DNA of 64,000 nt, taken from assembly GCA_050084515.1 (NCBI GenBank), contig CM114271.1:17856001-17920000 (forward strand), given 5' to 3'. The stretch is from Blasia pusilla. Its lineage: Eukaryota. The position numbers were made by a program, and so were the translations under genes. Under the pieces are notes generated by a model. The model ran no database searches. It saw nothing but the letters and a program-made list of their open reading frames with translations, and was not told the origin of the DNA. Of this stretch, positions 10,571-23,199 are shown one piece after another (the first letter of the stretch is position 1; the number at the start of each line of letters is the position of its first letter).

Positions 10571-13500
10571 TTTCCCACGGAGCAAGACTATTGAAATTCC
10601 TTAGCATTGGGTCATCAACTTCTATTTCATCAACACTAGACTCCTCGGATGGACGAGGGCTTGTTTTTGGTTTGTGCTCTATAAAATCCTCACAGTCATC
10701 ACATGCAACTGCCTCATTCATAACAGTAGAATCAAGTCATGTCTTTGCCTCCACATCTTGTGGATGCAACCACCATCCCCTCCGACCTGTAGGCAAGGAG
10801 GACCTTGGAGACATATTCAACCTGCTCAATATTCATTTTGCTTCATCCACATCTTCTTTAAGAGCATAAACTACTAGCTCATTAGTCTAAATTAAGGAAT
10901 AGTCAAACATGTTATGAGCATCTTCTCCTATATCTAACGGATGGAGAGTTCTCCACATATGATCTTGCTTTGGGTCAGACCGGCCAATCTTTAATCCTTC
11001 TGGTCCAAATTCCAAGTCATCCAGTCTATTCAATCCCACTGCACTATCCAACAAAGACCCAACATCATAGTTCCGTTCATGGCCACTCATTCCACCTACC
11101 TTGCAGGAGAAGATCTCACAACAATCAGATCCTAGGAGGTGAAATGGAACTTGCAAGTATGGATACTTGCTAGGGAAAGCACACATTAATAAGATAATAA
11201 TTAAAATGGCAAGACATGTTGATATCATGGAAAGCTTGCACTAATATCATGTTCTTCTCTGTGACAAATCCTACACTCCATATCACAGAATGATCACCGT
11301 GTCTCAATGAAAGTCTCAAACATATTCTGCAAACAAGCTTGCACTCTCTTTGAAGCAATTTGTTGAGGCCCAGTCCAATTATGTCTGTCAGTCCTATTCA
11401 CATTATCCCACGTCAAGCCATGCTCATGAATTTTGTAGTGGTTATAGATATTTGTTTCATATGACAAAGATGCATGTTGATCTCCAAACACAAGTAGTTG
11501 AGCATCTATCCAATGGATTACTTCTTTTCTTTCCATTGTGAGGTGTATTATGGTCTCCAAAGCCATCTAGATCACCATTAGGAGGAGCAGAGACAGAATA
11601 CTGCCATCCTTCCCATCCCATACTATACGTAGGTATGGTAGAGTTAACACCCCTAAAATCCTCCATCATTGGTTTTCTACGCTGAGCATCCCCATCAGTG
11701 GCATGTCCTAATAAAGGCCCGAAATCAGCTCGACAATACTCATCCCACATTGCTTTCAACAACACCCAATGTTGTTTCACCCACTCTGCAGTGAACTTGT
11801 TACACGTCGCAGTAACACAGATGGCTAATTTAGGCATAGACTCATGAAGAGGATTTACAATGATAACTCTAACATACATGTCTTTACAGTAACCTTGGAA
11901 AGTACTTACAATCTTGTGATAGCCCTTATCACCCTCCCCGACCAGTAATTCCATTCCATATAAACATTGGTGTGCCTCTTTGGGCCCGCAAAACCCAAAT
12001 CAGGATATCATACTTGGTCTCCCATCTGTCAAACATGACTATGAAATGTTAGTTGTATTCACAATGAACAAATCATTCAGTGCCTTATAATTTGTAATAT
12101 TGAATTTCAAACACCTCTCATTAATCCTTGTTTCATCCTTTGCAAATATTATAGGAAGATCTCCTTCAATTCCAAGAGTATACTTTGATGCAGAAAAAAT
12201 TGTGCCAACCTCCATGAATATCTCTTTGCGTAATCCAGCTCTGAAGGATGGTAACTTGGCATTGTATCGCTTCAATATTTTTAGACTTAGACGACCTAGG
12301 TTCTTTTGAAAGCAGTGGGCCACTTGCCTACCACCAAATTATAGCATTGCTTGGGCTGTGGCTCTAGTTCTCTTACTGTACCTAAAACCCTTTGAAGCCC
12401 TGGTTAGATTTCTAGCAACATTTGTCATGAAATCCCATAATCCTTCTTTGCCACCAAATGGTCTTGTCCTATGCCCATTCACTATATTCCTAAGGAGCAA
12501 TCTCAGATCGTGCCTATCTATAGCTACTCCTAATATTTCCTTCAGCTTCCTCCGCCTAGTACCTAAGGCAGCTACTTTGGCAACATACTATGATAGAAGC
12601 CATCATTGTTTTTTGAATTTGGAAGTCAAATTTGCAACGTGATTTTTGTGCTATGTCTTGATAAGACAATCCAAACATATCCCCCCATTGGTATCTTTGG
12701 CTCCTCTTGGCACTAAAGCTTCTGCTTTCTTGTGCACCCGACCACGAAAATCATCCAACCGCTTTACTAACGCACATTTACTACATGTTAGGTTAAAAAA
12801 CCAACCACCATTATAAGACAATCTTTCACATTGCTTGTGTCTAAAACAACCCTGAATAGTCACTAGAAACTCTAGAGTATGATTGTAAACATGTGCACAA
12901 CTGGTTAACTCACAATCCCACAAGGCCCCTCCCTCTTGATCATCTAGAACAACCTTGACATCCATTCAATCTCCTCTCCATTTAACCATTTCATCCTACA
13001 ATCCCCAACAAAGCGAACTTAGTCTTGGATCTATTGCTAGATCTGACCCACGTTTCCCAATACAGCTCCCAACGTTGGACTTATCTCTTGTGAAGAACTT
13101 CAGGATTGATCCCTATGACAGGTGTTGGTCCCTGATATCTGCTTTCCTTGGTTTGGCTCTCTTTCGAGACCTTAATGCAATCTCCACAGAAGCCTCCTTG
13201 ACCTCAGAAGCATCTAAGTGATCTCGGCTAACCAAGTGTTGTCTCAAATTATGATCCAAATTCAATTTTTTTGGGCACATGTCTAAATGCAACTTTTCAC
13301 AAACCCTACATCTGACCTTAAACATGTATGACATATTGAGGATCTATGGGAGATGGTGCCACAAAGAACATCTCCTTGTCACCCCCAACATCCTCATTCA
13401 GTTGGGAGATAATCTCTAGTCCTCTAGAGATGGCCTCACCATGATCAAATTGAGGTTTGTGAACAGCATCACTAGGTTCCATCACTGATGCAGGCAATGT

Positions 13501-16389
13501 TCTTCTCTTACAGAAGCTATCGTTATTTTTCGGGTTAACTAGATGCTTTGTCCTAAAACTGCTAAAGCAATTTGCAATAGATTTCACATTTTGGGAATTC
13601 TCTGCATTCCAAGCACTCTAGTTGTCCTCTGACATATGTTCCATCATCCCATGTCCTCACCCTCCAATCGTGGTAATTGTATCCATTCTTCTCAACCCAC
13701 TTCCCTAATCTCATGAACTCATCATTCCAGCATTTGCAGTTGGCTCTGCCATGAATACTGACTAAACGAGGCCCGGACAAAACCTTGGTTTGTGATATCA
13801 AGTGAAGCCACCGGATGTGCCTCAATTTTAGTATGGTTCTCAGACACAGGAGTTGAACGTGCTATAGTCTCGACTATGGTAGACACACTTGCTGTAGAAG
13901 ATTGGGAGGACATTTGCATTGTCCTCCCACAAGGGCCTATAGATAACAGTTGAATGACACCTACTATACCATCCAATTCCATGAGCAATATTACCTTCTC
14001 TGCATTCCGAAGCGTTCTACCAGGGAGCATGAAGTCCCATAAATCAAAATCAAAATCCACAATTGCATATGATACATAACATAAGAATTATATGTGTATT
14101 TTTTTGGACAAAATTAGACAATGACTCAAATAAATTCCACATGATATACATGGTTTATCTCTTGTATTGAAGATATATCCATAATCAAACACTCTCAGGT
14201 TGCTTTATTGAAATATGCAGATATTGTAGATTGTGAGCTCTCTAAGCCTCTCTCATTCTAAAATCGCGGAATTACACTAAAGCCTAATGCGCTGGCTCTC
14301 CTATGGTTCCCTAGTTATAGACGGTAGGAAGCTCATTATTTAAGGGTTTGGATAATATCACTTTAGAATACAAAACACAAAGATAACATAATTTTTTGTC
14401 ATTTTATTTTCCATTTTCTTGTTGCAAACATTTTCTCTCTTAGCGATTTAGTTAACTAAATTGCTAGTATCTAGCTAGAATTTAATCCTCGATGCATGTG
14501 AGTCAGGGGATTTGCATTGGAATTTGAATGGAAACTGAAAATTCAATAGAGTATTTTAGGAGTGCAAGAGATTTCTCAAAGTGGAAACCATTTTGCAAGT
14601 CTTATTTTGTAAAAGATCATCAAAGAGTTCCAAATCAAATGGTTCAATCACAAATTTATAATTATTGGAGATGAAATACATAATTGGGATTTAGTTTGAG
14701 AGCATTTGCAAGTTTGTTTCATAAATATAATAGAAACAGACTTTAGGGAGTGTGATTTTAGGTTAGGGTTGCGTTTGTGATCCTTGGTAGGATTATGATG
14801 ATGTTGGTAATCTAAGATGAGGCGATATAAATGCATTTTGGATTTGGACATAGTGGATACTAGTATAATACTCGTACTATGCATGAGGGGGAAATCACCT
14901 ATTACGGTTGTTCTATTATGTTAATTTAGCTGTTCCATTAATTTTTACATGTGTCGTCACGAGAGAAATCCAAAATGCATACATGTCATCACCGGAGGAA
15001 GGGGTCTTCAAATCCCATCCTCTTTTAATAACATAGATCTTGAGAAGAAGGATCAAAGTATAATTTATACGTCGACAAGAATTGAATAGAAAATGAAGTC
15101 TTGAGGTCATTTTATCAACATTTCCAAAATATTCTCACATCATAAAAATGTCTTTCTATTAAGAGATTAAATCAACATGAAAAATAGTTAAAACAAAAGA
15201 TAATATACGACAATGCATAAGACAAAATTAGAAACCAACAAAACACAACATACTACATTGGTCCTTAGGAAAATACATAGAAAAAAGTATTTAGAATACC
15301 AAGGAGAAATCCACAATAATCCCGAATAAAAGGATTGCGGAAAAGCTCAAAAAGAAATGTAAATACTACTGGAAATAAAACAAATAGAAAGACCTATAAC
15401 GAGGGGGCAAATGGATAATGACTCAAAACTAAATTCTTTCCAAAACATCTATATGATTATTGGAGAGTGCCTTTTTGATATGCAAACACCTCCTTGCTTG
15501 ACATGTGGCAACCGGGCAATAAGGAAATGTTTCCTCCTCTACAGATAACAAGAAAAATATTTTGTGTCCAACATGATTAGTCTCTTCACTTCCGTACATG
15601 GCACGGAATGCTCACTAGTTTGAGATGAAAGCCATTTACAGTATGAAAGAGAACTATGAACGGGAGAATCAAACTCCTTTTATATATAAATAGAATATAT
15701 ATGAGTACATATATATACATAAAGAAAAAAACCTAAATACTTTAAAAAAGGAAGGAAGGTAAACAATGGATTCTTCCATAAACATTTGAAGAGAAAAAGG
15801 AGAAAAAGAAAAAGTTGCAACCAAACACAACATAGAAAAAACAAAAAAAACCCAGAAATGACATAAAACGAGAGAAAGCAAACATAAAGACCTAAAACAA
15901 TTTTTTTTTGAGAATGCGCACGACGAAGTGAGTTCTTCCTACTCGGACTAGGAGGAGATGCAAATAAAATTCGGCAAAAAATTGATGGAAAAAGTGGAAC
16001 AGAAACCTTACAAAATTACGAGACAGTGGACAAACACGAAGGAGTCAAGACCCTTTGGAAGGCGAAAAAATAAAATACAGGTGACAAGCATTCACTCCGC
16101 ATGCAGGAATCATCGGGAGTCAACATCCGCTTCGTGTAGAGGCAGCAGTAATAATAATTTCCATGCAAATCCGATTCGCTGCCGCTCCAGCACGTGTGCG
16201 TTCGGCGCTGTTCCCTCTCTCGCTTCTCTCTCGGAGCCCTCTCCCTTTCCACTCCCCGTCCTCCTGTGCCTTTTTCTTCCTTTCTCTCGCTCGCTCTCTT
16301 TGCAAATCAAAGTCGCATGGCCTTTTGCGGTGGCCTTGGACAATAAATCTCTTCATCCATTCTATATCTCTTTGCATATCAAATCAAAT

Positions 16390-17043
16390 CAAAGTCCCAC
16401 TGTCCTCGGGGGTCTCTGTGGACAGTATATCGCTTCATTCACTCTGTGTGTGTGTGTGTGTGTGGAGGAGTACGATGCTTTGAGGAGCTGCTGTTGTGGC
16501 TGCATGTTCGGTCGCGGCTGTGCATGCGTGATTCAGGGAAGGAACTGGACTGCGAACAGGTCGGAAGGAGGAATCTGGACAAGAGAAAAGGGTGGGAATC
16601 GAGGTGCGGGAGGGAGGGAGTGGAAGGGAGCAGGAGGAGGCCAAGTGACGGAGGAAGGGAGGAGAGGGAGGGAGGTTGGGGGATGGTGTAAGGGGAGGAG
16701 GAGGAGGTGAATGGAGGTGGGAGAGGGAGGGAAAGACGTGGTGGAGCGCCGTTGGGTTGGTAGGACCGGGGGGAGGTTGCAGGTGCTGATCATGGGAGAA
16801 TTTGTGTGCGATGCGGCGTATGTGGTTAGTTGTCGTGGAACTCGGCTCTCAGTTGTTGTGAGGTGTGTGGGGGTTAGATTGCGGGGAGATTCGTGGTATT
16901 CGGGGACGGAATGAATCATGGTTGGTCGTTTCGCTGTTTTGTTGCGTCTGAGATCTCCCTCTCTCTCTGGCTGTTTGCAGCTTGTCCTTAGATTTCTTTT
17001 CACGAGGAATGTGTAGAGTTTGGAATAGCTTCTAATATCCACG
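16390..17043 (+). promoter_or_regulatory. Probable promoter-proximal, non-coding 5' exon of the DUF1442-ACT gene
   Basis: CpG-retaining, GA-rich island with a (TG)n tract at about 16444-16463. Candidate donor gtacttg at 17044 and acceptor ttgcag at 20139, upstream of the ATG. Inferred; no transcript data. Confidence 0.4.
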
Positions 17044-18249
17044 GTACTTGCGTAGGCTTCGCAACTTTTCTCACCGGAATTTTGTCCGTCACTTTTGGAG
17101 GGGGCAGTAGAAAATGCGCACGATAGAGTACCCAGTTTCCGTGCTGAGCGTTCAGGAGTTGAGTGATTCAGGACTTTAAGTAGTTGTCCGTTACGGAGAA
17201 TTCCGAAAGTTTGACCTACTACGTACTCGACTTATCGTCTTAACTTATGCAAAATTTCATTGAGCTTGATGAAATGTGGACCTGTACGGAGCTGGTCGTG
17301 TAATAGTCAAACGTCACTCTTCTCATCAAAGAACTCTGCGGTATTGGTGCCTGTTGAAAATGACAGCCCGCGTCGGATTGCTGCCACGATTTTCAACACT
17401 TTACCTAAATTTTGAGCTGGGTATGAGGAATTTACTCGTTTAGTGAAGGTCGTGAAAAGTTTTCTCGTTACGGTCATCATGCAGAAACCGTTCATGAGAT
17501 AAGCAACTGAAGAAGTTGACGCGACCACACTTGGGGATTTTTTTGGGGCTGGGTTATACGAGTTAACTTTTACAAGAAATCGGTTGATGACGTTGTGCTG
17601 CCAAGGCGGGTGTAGCTGAGTAACATGATTTCTGAGCTGCAGAGTTTTGAGATGTGATGGACTTGTAGACTAGAAAATCTCTGAGTAATTGTTCATAAGC
17701 GAACATGCTGGTTGAATTATATGAGTTAAGACAAGGATGCAGCCCACAATTGCTCATTGTAGTTTAAAATGTGGGACGACAGGTTTTTTGGTTGATACTA
17801 AGACAAAATGTCACACGAGTATTATATCTCTAGAGTAAACTGGTTTGAAACGAGTGGTAGGCATGTGAACACAATGATTAATACAATCACTTTCGAGGTG
17901 GAGGCTCCTCCCTTGAAGATTCTGGAAATGAAAGATTCAATGGTTGTCTGATATCTACATCAGCCGTGAACGAAGTGTCTGAGGTGTTCTGCCATGTTCA
18001 TGTAGTCCATGATGTCGTGAACTAGATGTCGTAAGTTTGAGCTCGGATTCTCTGAAGCAGAGTTAGCACAGCATGTAATTTGATTGTGAAGGCCTATCTT
18101 TTAGCATGCTGTTTGTTCATGTCCTCAAATAAGTTCGATCAAGGGCCCATGGCACTTTTTGTGAGGATTGATCGTCCCTGGTGCTGACAGTGTAGAATCC
18201 TAGCTGGTGAGAAAAGATGATGAAAACCCCATGAACATTTCTATCTCTT

Positions 18250-19150
18250 CCTCAAAGCTTGTATGTCATCCGGTTGTTGGTTTTTGAACATCGTAGGAAC
18301 TTGGAAACTGTAATAAGAGAGGGTCCCTTAGATTGGCAATTGGAGACATGCTCCACAATTTGTCAATTGGGGTGCTTTTCTTGAGAGGAACCATGACAAG
18401 CTTTGGAAAAAATTTGGCCACTAAGAGATTGGTATATACTTTTGGTGGGCCTTTGGAATCCCTCATCAGATTTAGGTCCTGGTTGTCAAAGGCAAGAAGA
18501 ATGGTCAAGATCTGCCAGATTTTTCTGTTGTAATTCACTTCTATCATAGTCAGAATAGGTCTGTGACAAGCCTCTCCATTCTTTCAAGTGTCAGGACTGT
18601 TGGTTGATCAATGCTGGAGTAGTAAGTGTATGATGCCCTGTGGGTGATCAGTAATGGAAGAAATGTCGTGGATCTTGCTTTCTAGCTTGGACTATGTCAT
18701 GTGATAGGACAATGAGTGGACCTATCATGTATTCGAGTTAAAGATCATGACAAGAGTAAGAGGGTGATTGAGTTCAAGGTAATTGTGGACAAAGGCTCCC
18801 AAAGAGGGTCACACGTTTCTTACTATTGCAATTTGATCCAGGTTCGAACTTGGAGTTTGGGGGAAGGAAAGGAAAGATATTGGACCATGGTTAAGAATCT
18901 GGAACAACGGAAGTGTTGCGTGAGGGCCTGCATGAAGGTTTTGGGAAGGAGTTTCATTTAGTCATATGTTCATGCAAGAGAGGCGAAGTGGAATCAAATA
19001 ATGTATAGTGGTTTTATGCTCTAGGTTTTACTTGGTTTTGAGGAAGAGAAGGATGGCTCAGACTTGTTTCCTCCGACTGAAGGACCAACAAATATCTTGG
19101 TGGTCATGGAGATCATTCTTTTGGATCCTTTCATGGTGTGACAAATTATG
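18250..19150 (-). mobile_element. Possible highly decayed LINE (APE endonuclease region) remnant
   Basis: The minus strand shows only weak echoes of the GDFN and SDH motifs (LTLVMIFNS, ISSITDHP). Confidence 0.25.
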
Positions 19151-20237
19151 TGCGCTCAAAGAGTGCAGTCATTTATAGCAGAAAATTCACGAAATTACTG
19201 GTGACTTCGTTTTGAGAACCAACTTGCAGTTGACTGTTCCACTTTGTTGACTATGGATCTGGTGAGTTTGAATTCTGCAATTGGAACACTTAAAGCTATC
19301 TTTGAGATGGCAAGAAACGTTTCTATGGTTTGTTAGTGTGTGGATATGCTCTGTGAGTGATGGTTGAATGGGGGAATTGACATTGGTCTTGTTACTTTGT
19401 TCAAGTTTGTCAATCACCATGTATGTGGCTCTCCGCCTGTTTTTTAACAAATTTTTTTTGCTCCTTGTGATTTGACTGCCTTAATTCCTGTAAACACTAG
19501 CTTTTCTCACCAATCAACATTCTTGATATGGCACTTATGGATCTCATGATTTCCTGCTGGTTGGAAGCTGATACCTGCCGTAACCCTCTGGCCTTAAACA
19601 TGCATTCCATCCTGACTATGTAGTGCTCTTATTTCCCCTACGTTGTAAGACTTCTGTGTCAGTTTGGTAGTCGATCATCAACAAGAGTCTCTGATGCAAA
19701 GGGTTTGGGAGTGACTTAGAGACCAACAATGTTTATAGTCCAAACGTCCCCTGTTGTTACTGATCTCTTCTGAACTCTAGAATCTCACAGAAATTACAGA
19801 CGATCATTATATCATGTCATGTATACTACGGAGTTTTTCAATTTGGTATTGGAGTTTGGTCTTAGGTATAGTTGTCGCACAGTGAAAATATGGGTTTTGT
19901 GAAAGTTGAGGATTCCAGTTGTTGTGGGTTGTAATTTTGAATTAACGAATTGGGCGGAAGAGATTATGCTTGAAAACCAATTTTTGAAATGCAACTTTCT
20001 GGACATTGTTCTACCCGTTGCTGTAGTTCCAGTTACATGCTAATCTCTGAGCGTATAGAGATTCTTGCTACAGAGGGTGGACAAAGATACAACGGAGTAT
20101 TGTTAACCTTTCCATTTTGTGGTGGGTTACTATTTGCAGAGGAGTCATATTAGCATTTTGAGGCTGGTGAAAGCTTAGGAGGAGGAGGAGGTGGTGATGA
20201 GCGACGAGAGTTCACAAGTCGCAGCTTATAGCAAGAA

Positions 20238-22928
20238 ATGTCTTGGTATCCTAGTATTGCAAACACTGGATTTTGTGAGACTTTGAGATTGGTATAGCTC
20301 TACATCTCATACTATGTTGTTTCACCACCTCGTGAATTTCCACATAACTTCTATCAAGTCATGGATTCTGATGCGAATGTCATGAGATCCTTGTTATGTC
20401 CTTACCTTTGCAGATCGTCTGTAAGTATTCTCTGTAGTAATTCACTCTGTCTTCTTTATGTGTGTCTGCAGAGGAAAAGAATACTTGAAAGGCAACGTTT
20501 GCCAAGGTCCACACGGCCTCCAGTGTTGGAACCTGCCAGTGCAGAGTTTCTCTCTGCATTAGCTGCAGGCAGCAACTCTCGTCACATACTTCAAATTGGT
20601 TGTGGGTTGTCAACAATAGCTCTTGCTGCAGCTGCAAAGGCAACAGGCACGTGCCTCATTTCTGTTAATAGTGACAGATCTCAACAAGATATTGTACAGC
20701 GCCACATTAAGGAGCTTGAGTTGGAAGATTATGTTGAATTTCATTGTGAGGAGCCTCTCCACTTTGTTCCTACAAGGGAAAATGTGGATTTTGTCTTCCT
20801 CACAGGTGATGCAGGAGCCTACACTCAACTCTTCGACCTTCTGAAGCTCAAATCGGGAGCAATAGTGGTTGCTGATAATGCACTTTATGACTCCACCAAT
20901 GAGTACATAAAGCATGTCCGGAAACAGCCAGGGGTGGATTCTTCCACACTTTTTGTTGGGCGGGGCATCGAAATCACAAAAATAGTGTCTTGGGAGCAGT
21001 TTCGAGCAGGGTAAGAACCACTGCTATCATCTCTCATTGATCGGCTTTGAAGTTACGGATGGTCACTTCTGAGTTTATGCCAGATCAGGGCGACATGATT
21101 GCAGAGTTTCCATTGCCACTGTAACCTATCTTTGAACATACTTTGGGATTCCAGAAGACCTTGGGACTGGACTGACCATCCAGATGTGAGTGATTTGTAC
21201 TTACCCGGTTGCCAAAATTCTAAAAGTGTCATCCCACAGTTTTGAGTAGGACATTGTTTAGGAAATGTTTCTGAGATTTCCCATACTGTCAAAAGACAGA
21301 AGGATGAAGTACTGGCTGTGGGCAGATGGGCATTTGGTTGCCACATGGATACTGGCAGGAATTGTATGCAAACAGATTCTAGGCATTTTTCGATGTTTGT
21401 TGCTGTGGATCTTTAAGGTTTGGTTTGAGACTCTGATTAAAAGAGCTTGTAATAAGTTTTGGTGAAGGAAATCAAGAGACATGATGTGGCGAACCACTTG
21501 GAAAGCACATATGCATTGATCATGTGCTCTTGTCACAAAATAGGATTGTGTTTGTTCAACACACTGGATGGAGTCTCTACTGTTACTGAGACTTCTCAGG
21601 GAACTGGCCCTGATGAGTATTACACTGAGAACTGACTGTACGTTGCAGTGTCCTGTAGAATTCCAGCTTCACTTACAGTATTTTTTGAGACTTTCAATCA
21701 CATTGTCTGTATCGTTGGAAATCTGACAGGGGCCTTGAATTCATATTCGTTTTGTAGGAGGAAGAGGTATACTGGACAAATTGTCTCTAGCGATGGACGC
21801 GAGTCTCTTCTGGGATCTGATATACTGCAACAACCCTTACCCAATGCATCTTCTTCTAATGCTCATATTTATTCAAGTATTGACTCCAACAACTTGGGCC
21901 TCGCACATTCAAAGTCAGAGGCTGTGCTAGCCCACCGTAATGCCCAGGATAAAGAAGAAGCTGAGAGGACGAGTACAATTGCAACCCAGACTATGTTATC
22001 CACCCTAGCTGATTTACAGGGATCAAATCTCGCTGATCTTGTAATTCAAGCTACATCCCAAATAAGCCCAGAGGCAATCGCAGGGCTGGAGTCAGATGAG
22101 ACTGCTGTAGCAATTCCGATCCCCACATCCAATACTCTGACTAATGCTGTTATGACACCTCTAAAGGTTATTGACCATGGTCCAGTGCATGTGGAAAATC
22201 AAGTGGAACAAGCATCTACCTCAAGATCTGAGGTTAACCTTGTGAGTGTTGATACCCTTGCCTACCCTGAGTCCACTGCCCCCAGCCCTTTGAAAAGTAC
22301 ACCTCAAATTGTGTCATCCCAAAAGCCTTTGTCAACTGTGGTGGAGTCAAAGCCGTCTTTCCAGGTTCATTTTAAGAACGAGAATGGTCAAACCGAAATC
22401 ACAATTGAAGGAGAGGACCAAGACATGCTACTGACTGACATCACTTTGGCTTTCAGTGAAGCTGGTGTTAGGTCGGATCTATCACTTTTCCTCCGTTTTT
22501 ATGGTTATGAATTTAGTCCTAGAATTGTCTGTGCTCACACCTTTGAGTTGCAAAGAACATTTCACTCACAGATCCTCTTGTAGAGTAATTTTCTGAGTGT
22601 TGACAGTAAGTTATGTCTGATCTACATCTGGAAAGGATCGTGTGTTCTTATGGTTTGCAATTGTTCGAGTGATCCTTTGTTTTATGCATTATGCCAGTTG
22701 AAGTTTAAACAGAGCATAAGAATGAATTCATTTACACCTATTTTCCCTTTGACCCGGTGCAGTGTACGGAGAGCTAAGATTGCGACTCAGGATAAGTACA
22801 TAGAAGATATATTTTATGTCGTGGATGCTGAAACTCAAGCTCCCCTGAAAGCATCGCAACATGACGTTTTCCAAGAGAAGCTTGTGAAAAGAATTGCTGA
22901 TCGGAAGCGTTTGTCTTCTGATTCATAA
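20238..22928 (+). CDS. DUF1442-like (SAM-methyltransferase fold) protein with a low-complexity linker and C-terminal ACT domain; exons 20238-20291, 20472-21010, 21758-22471, 22763-22928
   Basis: All introns are GT-AG with consistent phases. The N-terminus MSWYPSIANTGFCETLRL and EPASAEFLSALAAGSNSRHI...STIALAAAAKATG fit plant DUF1442 proteins. The C-terminus TEITIEGEDQDMLLTDITLAFSEAGVSVRRAKIATQDKYIEDIFYVVD fits an ACR/GlnD-type ACT domain. Confidence 0.88.
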
Positions 22929-23199
22929 GTGGAGATGCGGTCTCTTTTTGTCACCGGTAGTTCCAGTAGTTTTCTTGACTTACTAAAGGACCTGCATCAG
23001 TCCTATCAGGCTAGATTCAGACGGGGTTGGGTCCTGGAAGTCATGAATAATTTACTTTAGTGTAGTCCCACATGTAGGTGCTCCTGTTTAGCAGGCCCTG
23101 CAATTTCAGGGATTTCAGAAACCAAGAATGTATGATAGTCGTGTTCTAGAGAATGGTTTTGTTCAAGTAATTTTAGTCATGATCTGGAGAAGAGAATTG

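Larger units (their letters stand above)
5498..14060 (-). mobile_element. Degenerate DNA transposon with a P-element/THAP9-like DDE transposase, split by a copia insertion
   Basis: Ordered motifs on the minus strand: Cys/His-rich N-terminal segments (12650-13700), FAKDETRI (about 12130), GHATDGDAQRRK (about 11690), GDHNTPHNGKK..NPLD (about 11540) and HLLGSDCCEIFSCKVGG (about 11110). C-terminal ORFs continue at 5498-6295. No TIR or TSD was found. Confidence 0.6.

Noticed and set aside
5020-14312. Candidate TIRs for the P-like element (tatagggaga at about 5022 and ctctcctatg at about 14296-14305)
   Set aside because: The match is short and imperfect and the flanks show no target-site duplication.
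15958-17042. Overlapping ORFs of 170-250 aa on both strands
   Set aside because: Low-complexity GA/TG-rich, promoter-like sequence with few stops; no recognisable domain.
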